64,000 bases of DNA, from positions 4,898,001 to 4,962,000 of the forward strand of contig JBHGNT010000017.1 of NCBI GenBank assembly GCA_043228905.1, written 5' to 3'. The notes under the pieces were generated by a model. It was not told the DNA's origin and did no database searches. It worked only from the letters and a program-made list of their open reading frames with translations. Both the position numbers and the translations under genes were made by a program. How positions within the stretch are numbered: position 1 is the first letter of the stretch; each line of letters starts with the position of its first letter. The stretch comes from Azolla caroliniana (Eukaryota > Plantae > Polypodiophyta). Positions 61,081-64,000 of this stretch are shown piece after piece.

Positions 61081-64000
61081 ATGGAGTCTTCCAACAGTAG
61101 CCCCTCTCATAGCTTCAAAGAAAAACCTCGCAGCCGCCATGGTGACCCCGGAGCTCGCCCCAAAATCCTTCTTTCTGCAGAAAAGCAAGATCTGGGCAAC
61201 CGAGATCTGGCCAGGAGAAGCTATGGAGCCCCCAATGACTCCCCTGTCTCTGCCTCGCCTTCCAGACACAGATCTGCGAGGATCGTATTCTCGCCTTCAC
61301 GGAATCTGGACCGGGGTCCTGTTAAAGATTCCTCCGCTGCCCGAGATTCAGGCAAAGACCCTTCGGTTGTGCGGGATTCTGCCAAAGATTCGTCCATTGC
61401 CCGAGATCCTGTCAAAGATCCTCCCGTTTCCAGGGATTCCGTCAAAGATCTCTCTGTTTCTCGAGATTCTGTCCGAGAAGCTGCCGAGAAAGGTTCCTCC
61501 TCTTGCGATGAAGATATTCCTTCACGTAGGAGCTTTGGTTTCCCAAAGAGAGAATGCAGAATTAGGTCAAGCAGCTCGGACAGAGGAGATGGTGCTTCTT
61601 TGAGAGGCAGTTTAGACAGAAGAGATGGGTCTTCTTTAAGAGGCGGCTTGGAGAGAGATGGGTCTTCAAGAGGTGGTTTAGAGAGAGATGGTGCTTTACG
61701 AGCCTCTCCCAGAAAAGAATTTGGACATGAGAGGGAGGTCAGAATGAGAAGATTATCTCCTAAGCCGAAAGATTACATGGATAAGCATCGCCAAAAAGAT
61801 TATCTCCCATGCCGAAAGGTTATGTCTATCATGAAAGATAGAGATTCTGCAGATCTGGATGATATGGATGTTTCTTCTTCACCTAAGCCCAGATTTGGGT
61901 CTGTTAACGAGGAAGATGGGTATAAAGAACAAGGATTTACCTCTAGTGAAAATGGTATCAGGCCTCGGAACAAAGTTGTTTCAAGCACTAGATCTTGTGG
62001 AACAGGGGATGTTGCTATTGAAGAAGAAGCTAGCGATTCTCATGAAGAAATGAAAATAGAGAGAAGTCCTCCTATTGGTTTCTTCCATATCTCGAAAAGG
62101 GCTCGATCAGATAGAGATAGAGGAAGGCGTGAAGAGCTTGCTAACAAAGCTTCGCAGCCACATACCTCTAATGAAGAACATGAACAAATAGGCAAGCAGA
62201 AGCTTAAACCAGTTGAAAATTCTGACAATGCAGTCCTTACAAAGGGAAAAGGAGGAAAAGAAAGCGATATATGTGTTGAGCTTGGTAATGACGGAAAAAC
62301 TGATGCAGAATCAACTCTCGGAGCTGCAGATAGTGCAATGGCTGAGGCTAATAATAAGAAACAAAACTCTAACTCCATCTCAAATATTGATGAGAAGAGC
62401 GATATGGAAGAAGGTGAACTGGAGCCAAAAGATTCTGATACAGAAAGTCACAAGGAAGTAGATACTACAAATATTACTGAAGAAGCGGCAGTAGGTAAGA
62501 GTGAAGAAAGAGAACATGCATCGCCTACTCATGATCTGAAAGCAGAGGAAAATCAAATTGTAAAGGAAAATCAGTCAAGTAAGAGTGATGAGGGAGTGCC
62601 GAGAGTTAAGGATGAAAATTCAAAAGGAAAGGAAGATCTCGTGGAATTGCATGCTCTAACATCAGACGATAAGAAACAAGAAGACGAGGGTAATTCAGAT
62701 GTGAAAGAAACAGAAGATGTGCAATTGCAGTATAAGAACATCACATCATCTGGTAATGAACCACCAGAGATGACCATGAACACAAAAGATGTCCTCACAT
62801 TTGACCTATTAGATGCAAGCAAGGATACAAAGCCTTGGAATTTGAATGCTGTAGAGACAGCTCATGATTCAGGCAATGAGTTAACATTATCCCTTTTCAC
62901 CGAAGCAGTTGGGGTCGGAGCACAAGGTGAAAGCTCAGAAAGAAAGGGTAAATCAAAATACCAGCAATCGGAGGAAAATGCCCACACTTTGGGTGGAAAT
63001 GGCGAGGAATCCAGTCAATATTCTGGACACAAGCAGAAGAAGCTAAAGATAGAACCTCTTCAGCTTTCGTTAGCACTTCCTGGGACATCAGCTGGAGCTG
63101 AAGGTTTGGATCCACCAAATTTAGCAGTACTTCCAGAGCCAGAGAGGAGTGTACATTCCCTAACTCACACTCAGACACATACTCAGAATTTCTCCATGTC
63201 TCAGACTCACACAAACTCGGACGGATTCACCACATCATTTTCTCAATCTCAGTCATTTCTCCACAACCCAAGTTGTTCTTTGAATTGTACTTCGGTGGAA
63301 AACCAAGAGCTTTCATGTGGTGGAAGTAGACAGGTTTCTCAAGGTAATGAGCAAATGTCTCAGAGGAGCTGGCCAGCTGTTAGTGGAAATGATGGAATGC
63401 ATACACTTACAAGTGTGTCTCAAGAGAGGGGTAGGCATAGGCGTGAAATTCCTCTCTATCAGAGGATTCTACAGAATGGTAATAACATGCATCAAGGTTT
63501 TACATCTGTTACTGGAAGCAATAGAAGTTCAGGAAGCAATCATATATCTCAAAGGAGTCGCCAATTTGTGCCAAAAATGCATGATGGACCATCGAGCACT
63601 CAAGATCATGACGGGTCTGGAAGACAAATTGTAACGCACAAGGATGCATTAATGGAGAGAGTTCGACAGCAGAAGGCATGGTTTGCTTCGAAACAACAAG
63701 CACTGTCTGGACAACAAGGTGGAGGAGAAACAAGTGGTAGGGAGAAGTCAATCGATCCCTCTCCATCGAATGCTCATAGGGCTACATCTCCAGTGAATGA
63801 TGCTATGATTGGGGAAAGAAATATTCTTGGGGAAAAGATTGGACTGCATGAGATAGCAACCGAACCCGTTGCGATTATGGCACAAAAGTTGCAAGAGTTG
63901 CCTGATAGCTTTCTAGAGGGTTTGAAAGGATTGGCAAAGGGGGTGCTCTGTAGCTTTGAGAAACGAGAAGAGTTCGTAACCTTACAAGACATCATCAGGA
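61081..64000 (+). CDS. OBERON-like (OBE3/OBE4-TITANIA type) PHD-finger protein, 5' part, truncated by the window end
   Basis: Frame 1 is open from ATG 61081 (in-frame TAA at 61039-61041 upstream) to the window end. It is absent from the ORF track because no stop codon is reached. Motifs: DMEEGELEP, KLKIEPLQLSLALP, TNSDGFTTSFSQSQSFLHNPSCSL, EPVAIMAQKLQELPDSFLEGLK...KREEFVTLQ. The PHD finger itself lies beyond the window. Confidence 0.85.
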   Translation, partial: MESSNSSPSHSFKEKPRSRHGDPGARPKILLSAEKQDLGNRDLARRSYGAPNDSPVSASPSRHRSARIVFSPSRNLDRGPVKDSSAARDSGKDPSVVRDSAKDSSIARDPVKDPPVSRDSVKDLSVSRDSVREAAEKGSSSCDEDIPSRRSFGFPKRECRIRSSSSDRGDGASLRGSLDRRDGSSLRGGLERDGSSRGGLERDGALRASPRKEFGHEREVRMRRLSPKPKDYMDKHRQKDYLPCRKVMSIMKDRDSADLDDMDVSSSPKPRFGSVNEEDGYKEQGFTSSENGIRPRNKVVSSTRSCGTGDVAIEEEASDSHEEMKIERSPPIGFFHISKRARSDRDRGRREELANKASQPHTSNEEHEQIGKQKLKPVENSDNAVLTKGKGGKESDICVELGNDGKTDAESTLGAADSAMAEANNKKQNSNSISNIDEKSDMEEGELEPKDSDTESHKEVDTTNITEEAAVGKSEEREHASPTHDLKAEENQIVKENQSSKSDEGVPRVKDENSKGKEDLVELHALTSDDKKQEDEGNSDVKETEDVQLQYKNITSSGNEPPEMTMNTKDVLTFDLLDASKDTKPWNLNAVETAHDSGNELTLSLFTEAVGVGAQGESSERKGKSKYQQSEENAHTLGGNGEESSQYSGHKQKKLKIEPLQLSLALPGTSAGAEGLDPPNLAVLPEPERSVHSLTHTQTHTQNFSMSQTHTNSDGFTTSFSQSQSFLHNPSCSLNCTSVENQELSCGGSRQVSQGNEQMSQRSWPAVSGNDGMHTLTSVSQERGRHRREIPLYQRILQNGNNMHQGFTSVTGSNRSSGSNHISQRSRQFVPKMHDGPSSTQDHDGSGRQIVTHKDALMERVRQQKAWFASKQQALSGQQGGGETSGREKSIDPSPSNAHRATSPVNDAMIGERNILGEKIGLHEIATEPVAIMAQKLQELPDSFLEGLKGLAKGVLCSFEKREEFVTLQDIIR
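61309..61700 (+). repeat. Coding repeats in the OBERON-like N-terminus: 10-aa (V/G/A)KD-x-x-x-x-RD(S/P) x5 and 10-12-aa L(D/E)RDGSS(L)RGG x4
   Basis: AAAGA(T/C) recurs every 30 nt at 61324-61449, and GAGATGG recurs at 61586-61690. Confidence 0.8.

Noticed and set aside
61139-63995. Multiple short ORFs listed in the track across the last 3 kb
   Set aside because: They are shadow frames of the long frame-1 OBERON-like ORF that starts at 61081.

Overview
Eukaryotic, AT-rich, microsatellite-laden land-plant genomic DNA. It is probably from a fern or another lineage with flagellated sperm; this is inferred from an intact Cdc14 gene and fern-style PPR remnants. I could reconstruct six protein-coding genes by hand from GT-AG boundaries and reading frames: delta-COP (-, 11 coding exons, ~517 aa), a very large euANT/AIL AP2 factor (-, 9 exons including the 9-nt VYL microexon, ~1239 aa), Cdc14 phosphatase (+, 14 exons, ~578 aa), a CYSTM GYPPQ-repeat protein (-, 88 aa), an LDIP/promethin-like lipid-droplet protein (+, 206 aa) and the 5' part of an OBERON-like gene (+, runs off the window). 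Intergenic DNA holds three copies of one hAT-type MITE family, LINE, copia and LTR remnants, a PPR pseudogene and many local tandem duplications. The most notable structure is an old inverted duplication of the AP2 gene's upstream region (19.6-21.85 kb vs 24.2-26.9 kb). It is fused to a pseudogenised AP2 exon with its flanking introns (~26.95-27.23 kb) and followed by a third copy of the upstream block. No prokaryotic-type system or CRISPR array is present. All alignments were done by eye, so the edges of decayed repeats are approximate.
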